Sequence record: SRR20825019_2100
Length of the DNA: 55,702 bases
Direction: 5' to 3' (one strand)
Shown piece after piece: positions 38,106-48,137 of this stretch. Under the pieces are notes generated by a model, which did no database searches, had not been told where the DNA came from, and saw only the letters and a program-made list of their open reading frames with translations. Each line of letters starts with the position of its first letter. Position 1 is the stretch's first letter. A program made the translations under genes and the position numbers.

Positions 38106-39288
38106 AATTTGGCTCTACATAACGATTCATTTCTACCGAATTTGGGCATTGATTCTGTCTACATTCGTCAAACCTCATCAGCCCAAAAAAGATAAGTCGA
38201 TTTTATTTCTCGCTGCTTTTTTTCCCGATAACGCAGGCTATGAATGGCGCGTCGCTAAATGGGCGAAAATCCTTACCGAAGAAGGCTACAAGGTGACGAT
38301 TTCTTCTGCAATGAATCGTCAAGAATTCGGCCAATTATTTGAAAAAAACCTCCCTCTTTTCATAATCAAGTTCTTAGGGAAAAGGTTTCGACAGGTGCTC
38401 GATTCTAAAAAATACGACCAGGTAATCGTTAGGCGCGAATTACTTCTGTACAATGATTATGGAAATCTTTTTTTGGATAAACTCTTACTCAAAATTCACC
38501 CGAATGCCATTCTTGATTTCGACGATGACATTGCTTTTACAAAGAAAGAGCCGAAACAGATTACCTCTTTTTTTGCCAAGCGATTGCATGAGCATCCATC
38601 AAAATTTACAACCTTACTCCAATATTACTCCCGATTTATGGTCGGCAGTGATTATTTGAAATCATACATCCTCGAAAACTCATCTAAAGTGAGTGAATCG
38701 GGCATTTTGGTGCTCCCAACGTGCGTGAATTACGACACATTCGAACCAAAAAAGTACACGCCAAGCGATGAAATAATTTTTGGTTGGATTGGCGGAAACA
38801 ACAATCAATTTCTTCTTGATACCATCATACCTGCATTGAATACCGCAGCATCGCAGCATTCTATTCGCCTACTCGTTATTTCTGGCGCGAAATACAAGAA
38901 CGAACTCGCTCAATTTCCAATCGAAAATGTCGTCTGGAGTTTAACTGGAGAAATCGAACAATTGAAACGAATAACTATTGGGTTAATGCCCCTCAATGAT
39001 ACGCGGGAAGACCGAGGGAAAGCGGGTTTCAAATTGATTCAATACATGGGATTAGGCATTGTGAGTGTCGCTAGCGGAATTACGGTGAACAAGGTGATTG
39101 TGGATCACACTAAAAATGGTTTTTTAGTTGAACCGAACGCCGATTGGTCAAAAACACTCCTTGATGTGATTGCCGAAAAAGAGCGATTTAGCGAAATTGG
39201 AGCTGCAGCTCGTAAAAAAATCGCTGCGCATTATTCCTTTAATTCGAACGGAAAAAACTACCTTTCCTTTCTTGAAAATAGACTTTAG
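38098..39288 (+). CDS. Glycosyltransferase (GT4-like)
   Basis: DFDDDI, LPTCV, FGWIG, IGLMPL, GK.GFKLIQYM, NGFLV. Confidence 0.88.
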   Translation: MLKIWLYITIHFYRIWALILSTFVKPHQPKKDKSILFLAAFFPDNAGYEWRVAKWAKILTEEGYKVTISSAMNRQEFGQLFEKNLPLFIIKFLGKRFRQVLDSKKYDQVIVRRELLLYNDYGNLFLDKLLLKIHPNAILDFDDDIAFTKKEPKQITSFFAKRLHEHPSKFTTLLQYYSRFMVGSDYLKSYILENSSKVSESGILVLPTCVNYDTFEPKKYTPSDEIIFGWIGGNNNQFLLDTIIPALNTAASQHSIRLLVISGAKYKNELAQFPIENVVWSLTGEIEQLKRITIGLMPLNDTREDRGKAGFKLIQYMGLGIVSVASGITVNKVIVDHTKNGFLVEPNADWSKTLLDVIAEKERFSEIGAAARKKIAAHYSFNSNGKNYLSFLENRL

Positions 39289-39297
39289 AAATCTGAT

Positions 39298-41103
39298 ATG
39301 TGCGGAATAGCTGGCATTTGGCGTAATGAAAAATCAGATCGACTTGAAATAGAGATCAGGCAAATGACGGATGAAATTATTCACCGCGGTCCTGATGGAG
39401 AAGGTCATTGGATAGATTCAGAGATCGGACTCGCACTTGGACATAGAAGACTGGCCATCATTGACTTAACTGAACAAGGTCACCAACCGATGCATTATTT
39501 GAATCGATACGTCCTTACCTTTAATGGCGAAATTTATAACTACATTGAGCTTCGCGCAGAGTTAAAAAAACAAGGATTGGCTTTTTACACTGACAGCGAC
39601 TCAGAAGCACTTCTTGCCGCATATCATTTTTGGGGAAAAGAATGTGTTAAACGTTTCGACGGGATGTTTTCCTTTGCCATTTATGATAAAACAGCGCAAG
39701 AACTTTTTTGTGCACGCGACAGATTTGGAGAAAAACCGTTCTTTTATAGCACACTCAATGGCAGTTTTACTTTTGGTTCTGAGATAAAACAAATTCTAAA
39801 AACCCAAGGAAGCACGGGCGTTGATCAGCAATTACTTTACTTGTATTTGGAATACGACGTTGTTGAGAATCCACACGATAAATCGCAGACTTTTTATAAC
39901 AATATAAAACAACTTCCCGCTTCTCATTGCCTATTGCTCAAACGAGGTGAAACAGCAAAAATTTGGAGTTATTGGGACATCGATCTGAAAAAAAAATCAA
40001 CGCTTTCACTCGAAGACTCAAAGGAGCAATTTCGAGAACTTTTCGAACAGTCTATACGGTTACGAATGCGATCAGATGTGCGCGTTGGATCATCTTTATC
40101 AGGAGGTGTTGATTCCTCTTCCATTGTTGGTATGGTGAAAAGTTGTTTCCCAGATTTGCCTTTTCAGACATTTACCGCTCGGTTCGATGATCCAAACTTT
40201 GATGAAGGACATTTTGTAGAAATAATGCGTCAAAAACATGAGTTTCAGACCCATTTCTGCTATCCGAGTTCAACCCAGTTAATTGATGAATTAGATCGTG
40301 TGTTCTGGCATCAAGATGAACCATTTGGATCAACAAGTATCGTTGCACAATGGGAAGTGATGAAACTTGCGAAAACGCACGATACCACTGTACTTTTGGA
40401 TGGACAGGGAGCAGACGAAGCATTCGGAGGTTATTTTAAGTATTTCGTGCCATTTTTAACTGAACTTTATCATACAGACAAGGCAGCATTTAGAAAACAA
40501 CTTGCCGCCATTGAAGAACATCTCGGTCAACAACCGTTTCTCGGAAAACGTGAAATGCTTCGAACGCGATTCCCAAATAGTTTCGATTTTCTTTCAGACA
40601 AAACACGCAGTTTCAGAAAACGCACATCTGCCGATTTATCATTCGAATTCAGTACTCAATTTTCAAAAGAACCAACCCCTTTTCATCGATCGAATAACCT
40701 AAATGAGTTCCTCAAAAATGAACTTTTCATGTACGGTTTGGGTAAATTACTGCGCTTCAGTGACCGGAACGCGATGGCACATTCGAGAGAGGTTAGACTT
40801 CCCTATTTGTCTCATGAATTGGTAGAATTTGTTTTTTCATTGCCTTTGGAATGTAAAATCAATAACGGTTGGACAAAATCCATTCTTCGCGAAAGCATGA
40901 CTAATATTGTTCCCGAAGAAATTCTCTTTCGCAAGGACAAAAAAGGCTTTCAGGCGCCAAGTAGTTGGATGGAACTCCCAAAAGTTGTTGAACTCATCCG
41001 TCATTCTTATGAAGAATTAAAGAAGGAAGGAATTATCAACAATGCCGTAAAAGAAAATCACTGGAAATACATCATGGTGAGCAAATTATTGGTGAATGCG
41101 TAG
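39298..41103 (+). CDS. asnB: Asparagine synthase-like glutamine amidotransferase (glycan amidation)
   Basis: MCGIAG, HRGPD, HRRLAIID, FNGEIYN, RDRFGEKP, LSGGVDSS, DGQGADE. Confidence 0.92.
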   Translation: MCGIAGIWRNEKSDRLEIEIRQMTDEIIHRGPDGEGHWIDSEIGLALGHRRLAIIDLTEQGHQPMHYLNRYVLTFNGEIYNYIELRAELKKQGLAFYTDSDSEALLAAYHFWGKECVKRFDGMFSFAIYDKTAQELFCARDRFGEKPFFYSTLNGSFTFGSEIKQILKTQGSTGVDQQLLYLYLEYDVVENPHDKSQTFYNNIKQLPASHCLLLKRGETAKIWSYWDIDLKKKSTLSLEDSKEQFRELFEQSIRLRMRSDVRVGSSLSGGVDSSSIVGMVKSCFPDLPFQTFTARFDDPNFDEGHFVEIMRQKHEFQTHFCYPSSTQLIDELDRVFWHQDEPFGSTSIVAQWEVMKLAKTHDTTVLLDGQGADEAFGGYFKYFVPFLTELYHTDKAAFRKQLAAIEEHLGQQPFLGKREMLRTRFPNSFDFLSDKTRSFRKRTSADLSFEFSTQFSKEPTPFHRSNNLNEFLKNELFMYGLGKLLRFSDRNAMAHSREVRLPYLSHELVEFVFSLPLECKINNGWTKSILRESMTNIVPEEILFRKDKKGFQAPSSWMELPKVVELIRHSYEELKKEGIINNAVKENHWKYIMVSKLLVNA

Positions 41104-42286
41104 AAAAATAGCGATACTCTTACATGGACCTGTCGATAACGATAATCGCGTACTAAAAACGTGTAAAACACTCTCTACATCGTTTGAAGTACACCTTTTT
41201 TTCGTCGGGCTTAGTACAGATCACGTGGTTCCAAACATCACTTTTATTCCTGTTCAATATCCTAATTCTTTTTTTCAAAAGGTTAAACGACATACGTTTT
41301 TCTGCAAAGAGTATTCGTTTTTAAAAGATGCTGTCGAAGGTCTTGGTGAATCTTACGATATCATTTGGGCAAATGATTTACCCACCTTGGATATAGGAGC
41401 AAAACTTGCGGAAAAATTTCAAGCAAAACTCATCTACGATGCACACGAAATTTACGTAGAAACACTAAATCAGTTTTTTCCAGCAATCTCGAAGTTCCCC
41501 AAAAATGTGGTGATTAAAACGTTGCTTGGAATAATGAAAATCCACGGTCGTTCTGTAGAAAAAAGACAAAGTAAAAAGGTTCATTTATTCATCACTGTAA
41601 ACGACTCACTGGGAGATTATTTTCGTTCCAACTACGACGTAGCGCAGCCATTGACAATCATGAATTTCCCAAATAAAACGGGAATAAGTCCAGTTCCGAT
41701 TGATTACCGAACACTTTATTCGTGGTCCGAAGAAGACATTATTTTCATTTATCAGGGCGTGCTAAATCAAGGTCGCGGGTTACATTTATTGATTGAAGCG
41801 ATTAAACAGGCTCCAGCAAATTTCAAACTAATTATCCTAGGAAGTGGCCCGCTTGAAATAGAATTAAAATCTCTTATTTCAGCGAATCAGCTCTCTGAAA
41901 AAGTAAAAATGATTCCACAAGTGAACTTAAAACTTTATCCATCTTACACAAAAGGTGCCGATTTTGGAATCAATCTTCTCGAAGATCTGAACTTAAGTAA
42001 GAAACTCGCGTCACCAAATAAGCTTTTCGAATATATTCAGTCGGGGATTTCAGTTGTTTGTTCTGACACCATTGAAAACAGCAAAATTATTCAAACTTTC
42101 CCCATAGGAATTCTTACGCAGAACACACCTGAACTAATCTGCGAAACGATGAAGGATCTTGCGAAACAATTTAAGCAAGATTCAAAAGAAAATCAGGCTA
42201 TCTTTGCGGCTGCTGCTGATAGATTCAATTGGGAACAACAAGAATCCAAGTTACTCGGAGCCATGAAAGAACTGTTTAACGATTAA
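41096..42286 (+). CDS. Glycosyltransferase (GT4-like)
   Basis: D.RV.K, ANDL.TL, IYDAHE, YQG...GRGL, SPNKLFEY. Confidence 0.88.
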   Translation: MRRKIAILLHGPVDNDNRVLKTCKTLSTSFEVHLFFVGLSTDHVVPNITFIPVQYPNSFFQKVKRHTFFCKEYSFLKDAVEGLGESYDIIWANDLPTLDIGAKLAEKFQAKLIYDAHEIYVETLNQFFPAISKFPKNVVIKTLLGIMKIHGRSVEKRQSKKVHLFITVNDSLGDYFRSNYDVAQPLTIMNFPNKTGISPVPIDYRTLYSWSEEDIIFIYQGVLNQGRGLHLLIEAIKQAPANFKLIILGSGPLEIELKSLISANQLSEKVKMIPQVNLKLYPSYTKGADFGINLLEDLNLSKKLASPNKLFEYIQSGISVVCSDTIENSKIIQTFPIGILTQNTPELICETMKDLAKQFKQDSKENQAIFAAAADRFNWEQQESKLLGAMKELFND

Positions 42287-42288
42287 AG

Positions 42289-43167
42289 ATGAACGAAAAA
42301 AACCTACATCCCAAATGCCTTGTGTGTAACTCGGATCAACTAAACGTTCTTCCAGAGTATAGCGCTACGCACCTCGTTAAATGTCCAAAATGCTCGTTTG
42401 TTTTCGCACAACAAATCCCAACTGAACAAGAACTCATCGCACATTATGAAGGTTACTCGAGAAATGATTACCTCTCGCCCATCACCATAAAGCGCTACCA
42501 CGAATTGTTGGACACTTTTGAACCCTTTCGAAAGACGGGGAAATTATTGGATGTTGGTTGTGGAATTGGGTACTTTCTTGAAGTGGCAAAAGAGCGTGGT
42601 TGGGAAGTTTACGGAACGGAATACACGGATGACGCAATCGCTATTTGTACTTCCAAAGGAATTAACATGGAGCAAGGGAAATTAGATCCTTCCAACTATT
42701 CATTGGGAGAATTTGATGTCATTACATCCTTTGAAGTCATCGAGCATATCAATAATCCGCAGGAAGAAATTGCTAATTTTCATGCATTGGCGCGCACTGG
42801 TGGACTTGTTTACGTGACAACTCCGAATTTCAATTCACTTCTGCGCTATCGTTTAAAATCTAGCTACGACGTAATTACTTATCCAGAACATTTGAGTTAT
42901 TATACTCCGAAGACGATCAAACTTCTTTTCAAGAAAAGTGGATTTTCCATCCAAAAAATAATGACTACGGGAATTAGTATTTCTCGCTTAAAATCTGGAA
43001 AAAGTGGCGTACAACAAGAGTACATTTCTGAAAGCTCAGATGATGAAAAAATGCGTCAGAAAATGGAAGACAAAGGACACTTGATGCTCGCAAAAAAACT
43101 GATTAATGGTACACTCACATTGATTGGTAAAGGCGACAGTTTGAAAGGTTATTTTGTGAAGAAGTAA
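42289..43167 (+). CDS. Class I SAM methyltransferase with N-terminal Zn ribbon
   Basis: CLVC...CPKC, LLDVGCGIG, FDVI...EVIEH, TTPN, PEHL. Confidence 0.9.
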   Translation: MNEKNLHPKCLVCNSDQLNVLPEYSATHLVKCPKCSFVFAQQIPTEQELIAHYEGYSRNDYLSPITIKRYHELLDTFEPFRKTGKLLDVGCGIGYFLEVAKERGWEVYGTEYTDDAIAICTSKGINMEQGKLDPSNYSLGEFDVITSFEVIEHINNPQEEIANFHALARTGGLVYVTTPNFNSLLRYRLKSSYDVITYPEHLSYYTPKTIKLLFKKSGFSIQKIMTTGISISRLKSGKSGVQQEYISESSDDEKMRQKMEDKGHLMLAKKLINGTLTLIGKGDSLKGYFVKK

Positions 43168-43274
43168 TGCATTTTCTACAGTAAATTTCTATCGTCCACT
43201 TGGACAGGCTCAGTATTCGGAGGGAAAAATAATCATCGGAATTGTCTATATTCACCGTTCAATTCTGCGGAAAA

Positions 43275-43889
43275 ATGAACATTTTAATTCTCGATTACGG
43301 AATGGGAAACATTCAATCTATGGTGCGTAAAGTCCAGCGATTTGCAACTCCTATTGTCTCAAGTTCGGCAGAAGAAATTAGCACAGCGGATAAAATCATT
43401 CTCCCTGGAGTTGGTCATTTTGGAAAAGCCATGCAGTTTTTACAGGAAAAGAACCTCATTGAGCCATTGAATAAGGCCGTTTTGGAACGAAAAACTCCCA
43501 TTTTAGGGGTTTGCCTAGGAATGCAACTCATGGCGACACACAGTGAAGAAGGAGACGTTGAAGGTTTGGGTTGGATTGACGCTCATGTGAAACAATTTAG
43601 AATTGAAAATAATTTCGAGTTTAAAGTCCCGCACGTTGGTTGGAATCAAGCGAAATTTGAAAAATATTCTCCTCTCACGCAAGGACTTCCAGAAGATAAT
43701 GAGTTCTACTTCGTGCATTCATACTATGTGAAATGCAATGATTCAACAGACGTTTTGTCAACTACTGACTATTCGCATAGCTTTGATAGTGCGTTTCAAA
43801 AAGGAAATATTTACGGAACCCAATTTCATCCTGAGAAAAGTCTAGATTTTGGAATGAAAATGCTTCAAAACTTTGTTCAATTCGCCTGA
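43275..43889 (+). CDS. hisH: Glutaminase HisH paralog (WbuY-like) of the glycan locus
   Basis: LDYGMGN, ILPGVG, GVCLGMQ, PHVGWN, YFVHSY, QFHPEKS. Confidence 0.9.
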   Translation: MNILILDYGMGNIQSMVRKVQRFATPIVSSSAEEISTADKIILPGVGHFGKAMQFLQEKNLIEPLNKAVLERKTPILGVCLGMQLMATHSEEGDVEGLGWIDAHVKQFRIENNFEFKVPHVGWNQAKFEKYSPLTQGLPEDNEFYFVHSYYVKCNDSTDVLSTTDYSHSFDSAFQKGNIYGTQFHPEKSLDFGMKMLQNFVQFA

Positions 43890-43890
43890 T

Positions 43891-44673
43891 ATGTACAGAC
43901 CAAGAATCATTCCCGTATTGCTTTTGAAGAAGAACGGACTTGTGAAGTCAGAGAAATTCAAGCAACATCGATACATAGGTGATCCAATCAATGCGGTGAG
44001 GATTTTTAACGATCTCAAAGCTGATGAACTCGTTTTTTTAGACATTGATGCGAGTGCTCAGAATAGGTTGATCTCCCTCGATTTCGTATCAGAAGTGGGG
44101 GAAGAAGCAGACATGCCTTTTGGAGTTGGTGGTGGAATTCAATCACTGAACGATATCCAAAAAATCATTCAGGCAGGAGCCGAAAAAGTCATCCTTCAAC
44201 GAAAAGCGATGACCGACCCAAATTTTGTGAAAGAAGCTGCAGCTGAATTTGGTTCATCGACCATTTCCGTGTGTATCGATTACAAAAATGTGCTTTTCAA
44301 AGGGCAAAAAGTATGCTATTTGAATGCATCAAAAACGATCGCAGCAGGTGTAATTGAGTTTGCCCAACAAATGCAAGATCTCGGTGCGGGAGAAATCATT
44401 CTTCAATCTGTCGACAGAGATGGAAAAATGATCGGTTACGATAATGAATTGCTCTTAAAAGCATCTCAAACTTTACAAATCCCGATTGTGGCACTTGGCG
44501 GAGCAGGGAAATTGGCCCACCTTTCCGAGACGCATCAACTCGCTTCAATGAATGGACTTGCGGCGGGAAGTCTTTTTGTATACAACGATGCAAACCGAGG
44601 TGTCCTCATTAATTATCCCGAAGATCACGAGTTTGAGGCTATGGGAATCGCTAAGAAACGCTTCAAATTCTGA
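43891..44673 (+). CDS. hisF: HisF paralog (WbuZ/AglZ-like)
   Basis: RPRIIPVLLL (no Asp at the HisF catalytic position), YIGDPINAVRIFN, ADEL..LDI, GGGI, DRDG..GYD. Confidence 0.88.
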   Translation: MYRPRIIPVLLLKKNGLVKSEKFKQHRYIGDPINAVRIFNDLKADELVFLDIDASAQNRLISLDFVSEVGEEADMPFGVGGGIQSLNDIQKIIQAGAEKVILQRKAMTDPNFVKEAAAEFGSSTISVCIDYKNVLFKGQKVCYLNASKTIAAGVIEFAQQMQDLGAGEIILQSVDRDGKMIGYDNELLLKASQTLQIPIVALGGAGKLAHLSETHQLASMNGLAAGSLFVYNDANRGVLINYPEDHEFEAMGIAKKRFKF

Positions 44674-44717
44674 TTAAATTCATTAAGTTTGAATGTCCCA
44701 ATTAAATCCCTACCAAA

Positions 44718-45839
44718 ATGGATAAAGCTTGCCTACGTTGTGTCATGAATGAAAGTGATCCAGAAATCATTATTGATGATCAAGGATTTTGTAACCATTG
44801 CACTGAATTTATAGATAAACGCGCAAAGCATAAATATCAAGGAGAAAGCTCAGACAGGGCGTTTGAAGTACTCTTGGAAGAAATCAAAAAAGCAGGAAAG
44901 GGAAAAAAATACGATTGTGTTCTTGGACTAAGCGGAGGAATCGACAGTAGTTACGTTGCTTATGCGATGAAACAACGAGGATTGCGCGTTTTAGGAATTC
45001 ACATGGACAATGGATGGAATTCTGAGGAAGCTGTTTTGAATATCAAGAATATTGCTCGAAAATTGGAAATCGATTATGAAAGCTACGTCCTTGATTGGGA
45101 AGAATTTAAGGATCTTCAGTTATCTTTTCTAAAGGCGTCCGTTCCTGAAGCGGAAACTCCAACCGACGTTGCAATTCCTGCTATTTTGCACCGAACAGCT
45201 GCTAAGTATGGTGTGAAATATGTAATTAGCGGTGGAAACTTCGCTACTGAAGGAATTTTACCAAAATTTTGGCATTACAACGCAAAAGATCTAAAATACC
45301 TGAATCACATTCATAAGACTTTTGGAACAGTTCGACTAAAGAAATTTCCAACGTTTGGGTTTGTTAGGGAGATGTACTACAAACTATTCAAGGGAATTAC
45401 TTTTGCTTATCCGCTTAACTACATGCCTTACGAGAAGGATGTGGCAATGGAATTATTGAAGGAAAAGCTCGATTGGAAATACTACGGAGGTAAACATTAT
45501 GAATCTAAATATACGGGGTTCATACAGTCATATTACCTCTACACAAAATTTGACATTGATTACCGCAGGGCGACGTTCTCTTCTCAGATTTGCACAGGAG
45601 AAGTAGATCGTGACGAGGCACTCGAACAACTGAAAACGCTTCCATATACTGATGAAAAAGTAGCATTGGAAAAGAAATATATTGCCAAGAAATTAGGAGT
45701 CAACCCTGAGGAATTTGATAAAATACTCACTGCTCCGGCTAAATGGTACACAGATTATCCGAATAGCGAGAAATTTCTAAGTATGATTTACAATACGTAT
45801 AGAAAGGTTTTTAAACGTGAAAAGTTGGGGAATTTTTAA
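44718..45839 (+). CDS. N-acetyl sugar amidotransferase (WbuX/WbpG family)
   Basis: CLRC...CNHC, YDC..GLSGG.DSS (PP-loop), DNGWN, YGGKHYES; TAAGTTTG promoter at 44684-44691. Confidence 0.92.
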   Translation: MDKACLRCVMNESDPEIIIDDQGFCNHCTEFIDKRAKHKYQGESSDRAFEVLLEEIKKAGKGKKYDCVLGLSGGIDSSYVAYAMKQRGLRVLGIHMDNGWNSEEAVLNIKNIARKLEIDYESYVLDWEEFKDLQLSFLKASVPEAETPTDVAIPAILHRTAAKYGVKYVISGGNFATEGILPKFWHYNAKDLKYLNHIHKTFGTVRLKKFPTFGFVREMYYKLFKGITFAYPLNYMPYEKDVAMELLKEKLDWKYYGGKHYESKYTGFIQSYYLYTKFDIDYRRATFSSQICTGEVDRDEALEQLKTLPYTDEKVALEKKYIAKKLGVNPEEFDKILTAPAKWYTDYPNSEKFLSMIYNTYRKVFKREKLGNF

Positions 45840-45871
45840 CCAAAACGGAGCAAGGAAAGAGGATTAACTTA

Positions 45872-47125
45872 ATGAAGAAAGCATTAATACTTACCTATAA
45901 TTTTCCGCCAAATAATTCGGTTGGATCACAGCGACCAAGCTCATGGGATAAGTATTTTCCAAAATTTGGAATTTCAACAGTTACTGTTACTTACGATTGG
46001 GGAGAAATTGATTTAGACCAGATCACAGGCGAAGTAATTCAGGTAAAATGCGCCAACTCGGAAGTAGATGAATCCGCGCATTCTGGACTGAAAAAAATAC
46101 TGAGAAAACTAAACACCGTCGCGAATCTACTTTTTCGTTTTAAATCATCTAAATACGACGATAAACATGAGATTTTCTTGTCCGCAAATGACTACTTAAA
46201 AAATAACTCTGTTGATTTTATTCTAGCAACAGGTGAACCATTCATTTTATTCAAGTATGCCAGTAAGTTATCCGAAACCCACGGAGTTCCTTGGTTCGCG
46301 GATTATCGTGACGATTGGATTGATGGTCACATTCCCGTTGTGCCAAACAAGTTCATGAATCGTTTGATTCTGAGCATTGAGGCAAAACAAGAGCGGAAAT
46401 TTCTAAAAAATGTTTCTGGAGTGCTAACCGTTTCAGAAACTTTATTGAATCAAATCAAACGACGGCTTCCTTCCAAAGAAGGTTGTGTAATTGAAAATGG
46501 TGCAGATCATGCACTTTATTTAAACACTGTTTCACCTTATCCGAGTGACAATTTTATCATTGCCTACACTGGAATTCTTTATGACCTACCTTATCTTAGC
46601 TCATTTTGCGATGGTTTTTCTTCTTTCATGAATGAATGTAATGATCCGCAAACGACTAAAGTATATTTTATCGGCACAGAAGGTTACTCCAATCAGGCAA
46701 CAAATATGCTTGCAGGGCTCCAACAAAAATATCCAGAGAACATTATTCTCTTATCACGTAAAAGTCCGACAGAAATAGCCGCTTACCAACAACATGCGCA
46801 TATTCTTTTAAATTTAATCGCAGGAGACCCTTCACTTGGACTAATCGGTGCAAAGTCATACAATTATGCCATTACCCGAAACCCGATACTGACCATTCCC
46901 AATATTCCGAATCGAAAATCTCCATTTTTTCCTGATAGAGATATCCAATATGTCGCTATTGATTCAAATGAAGTTTATCAATTCATCCTAAATCACCACG
47001 CCTCATTCTTGAACAACTCTCCGATTTCAAGTAGTATTACAGATCAGGAAATCTACACACTATCAAGAGAATTTAATGCTGAAAAATTAGCTCTCTTTAT
47101 TCTCAATCAAAAGGAAATCAAATAA
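45872..47125 (+). CDS. Glycosyltransferase (GT4-like, divergent)
   Basis: Y.FPP...G..R, ATG.PF, ADYRD.W, IENG.D, I.YTG. Confidence 0.8.
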   Translation: MKKALILTYNFPPNNSVGSQRPSSWDKYFPKFGISTVTVTYDWGEIDLDQITGEVIQVKCANSEVDESAHSGLKKILRKLNTVANLLFRFKSSKYDDKHEIFLSANDYLKNNSVDFILATGEPFILFKYASKLSETHGVPWFADYRDDWIDGHIPVVPNKFMNRLILSIEAKQERKFLKNVSGVLTVSETLLNQIKRRLPSKEGCVIENGADHALYLNTVSPYPSDNFIIAYTGILYDLPYLSSFCDGFSSFMNECNDPQTTKVYFIGTEGYSNQATNMLAGLQQKYPENIILLSRKSPTEIAAYQQHAHILLNLIAGDPSLGLIGAKSYNYAITRNPILTIPNIPNRKSPFFPDRDIQYVAIDSNEVYQFILNHHASFLNNSPISSSITDQEIYTLSREFNAEKLALFILNQKEIK

Positions 47126-47215
47126 AACTCAATTCTTTGAGTCCTAAAAACATTCTTTTACTACTTTTGTCCATGTCACTACTTGATTATCAGAGCAAGA
47201 GTGATTCTATACAAC

Positions 47216-48100
47216 TTGATTAAAACCGAAACTACTCTCTCATTCTGCAGTGTTTGCGCTTCAAAGAAAGTTACTCCTATGGATGGCTATCAGGATTCTT
47301 TTTTACACAAATGTGAAGAGTGTTCTTTCGTCTTCTCGAGCGTTGTACCTTCTGATGAAGTAATCAGTGAAGTCTACAAGAACAAGTTCAACCATACTAC
47401 GTATTTTTCTCCAATCACCCATAAACGTTACGAACATTTACTTGAAGATTTTGAATCATTCCGAAAAACCAACCGGATTTTAGATGTTGGCTCGGGATTC
47501 GGATTTTTCATGGAGACGGCTAAACAAAAAGGATGGGACATCGTTGGGATAGAAATCTCTGATTTGTGCATTGAAGAATGTCAGAATAAAGGTCTTTCTG
47601 TGCTGAAAGGTTTACTCACGGAACTCAATTTAGAAGAGAATCAGTTTGATGTTATTATTGGATTGGAGATTATTGAGCACGTGTGTAATCCGAGAGAAAT
47701 GTTGCATGAAATGTATCGTTTGTTGCGAAAAGGAGGTTTGTTGTATTTAACTACGCCGAATTTCAACGCGATTAATCGCTACCGCTTAAAAGCAGATTAC
47801 GATGTGATTTCTTATCCAATTCATCTTTGTTATTTCACTCCGAAAACTTTAAAAAAATTAACCAGCGATGTTGGTTTTGAAACCCGGTCTATTCGAACCA
47901 CAGGCTATAGTATCACTCGGATTAGGACAAGTAAGGGTTTGAGTAATCAAGAATTTGTATCTGAGACTTCCGATGATGAAATGCTTCGGCAAAAATTGGA
48001 AAATAAGCCATTATTGCGAATGGGAAAAAACCTTGTAAATGGATTTTTGAACCTATTCAAAATTGGAGATAGTTTAAAAGGACATTTCATTAAATCTTGA
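47216..48100 (+). CDS. Class I SAM methyltransferase with N-terminal Zn ribbon (paralog of 42289..43167)
   Basis: CSVC...CEEC, ILDVGSGFG, EIIEH, TTPN. TTG at 47216 matches paralog length; 47183 is an alternative. Confidence 0.88.
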   Translation: MIKTETTLSFCSVCASKKVTPMDGYQDSFLHKCEECSFVFSSVVPSDEVISEVYKNKFNHTTYFSPITHKRYEHLLEDFESFRKTNRILDVGSGFGFFMETAKQKGWDIVGIEISDLCIEECQNKGLSVLKGLLTELNLEENQFDVIIGLEIIEHVCNPREMLHEMYRLLRKGGLLYLTTPNFNAINRYRLKADYDVISYPIHLCYFTPKTLKKLTSDVGFETRSIRTTGYSITRIRTSKGLSNQEFVSETSDDEMLRQKLENKPLLRMGKNLVNGFLNLFKIGDSLKGHFIKS

Positions 48101-48137
48101 TCTTCAATTTAACCCGTCTTTTGCTAACTTTGCCCCT

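Noticed and set aside
43275-44673. hisH/hisF as histidine biosynthesis genes
   Set aside because: No other his genes are present, the HisF copy lacks the first catalytic Asp, and it is adjacent to a WbuX-family amidotransferase
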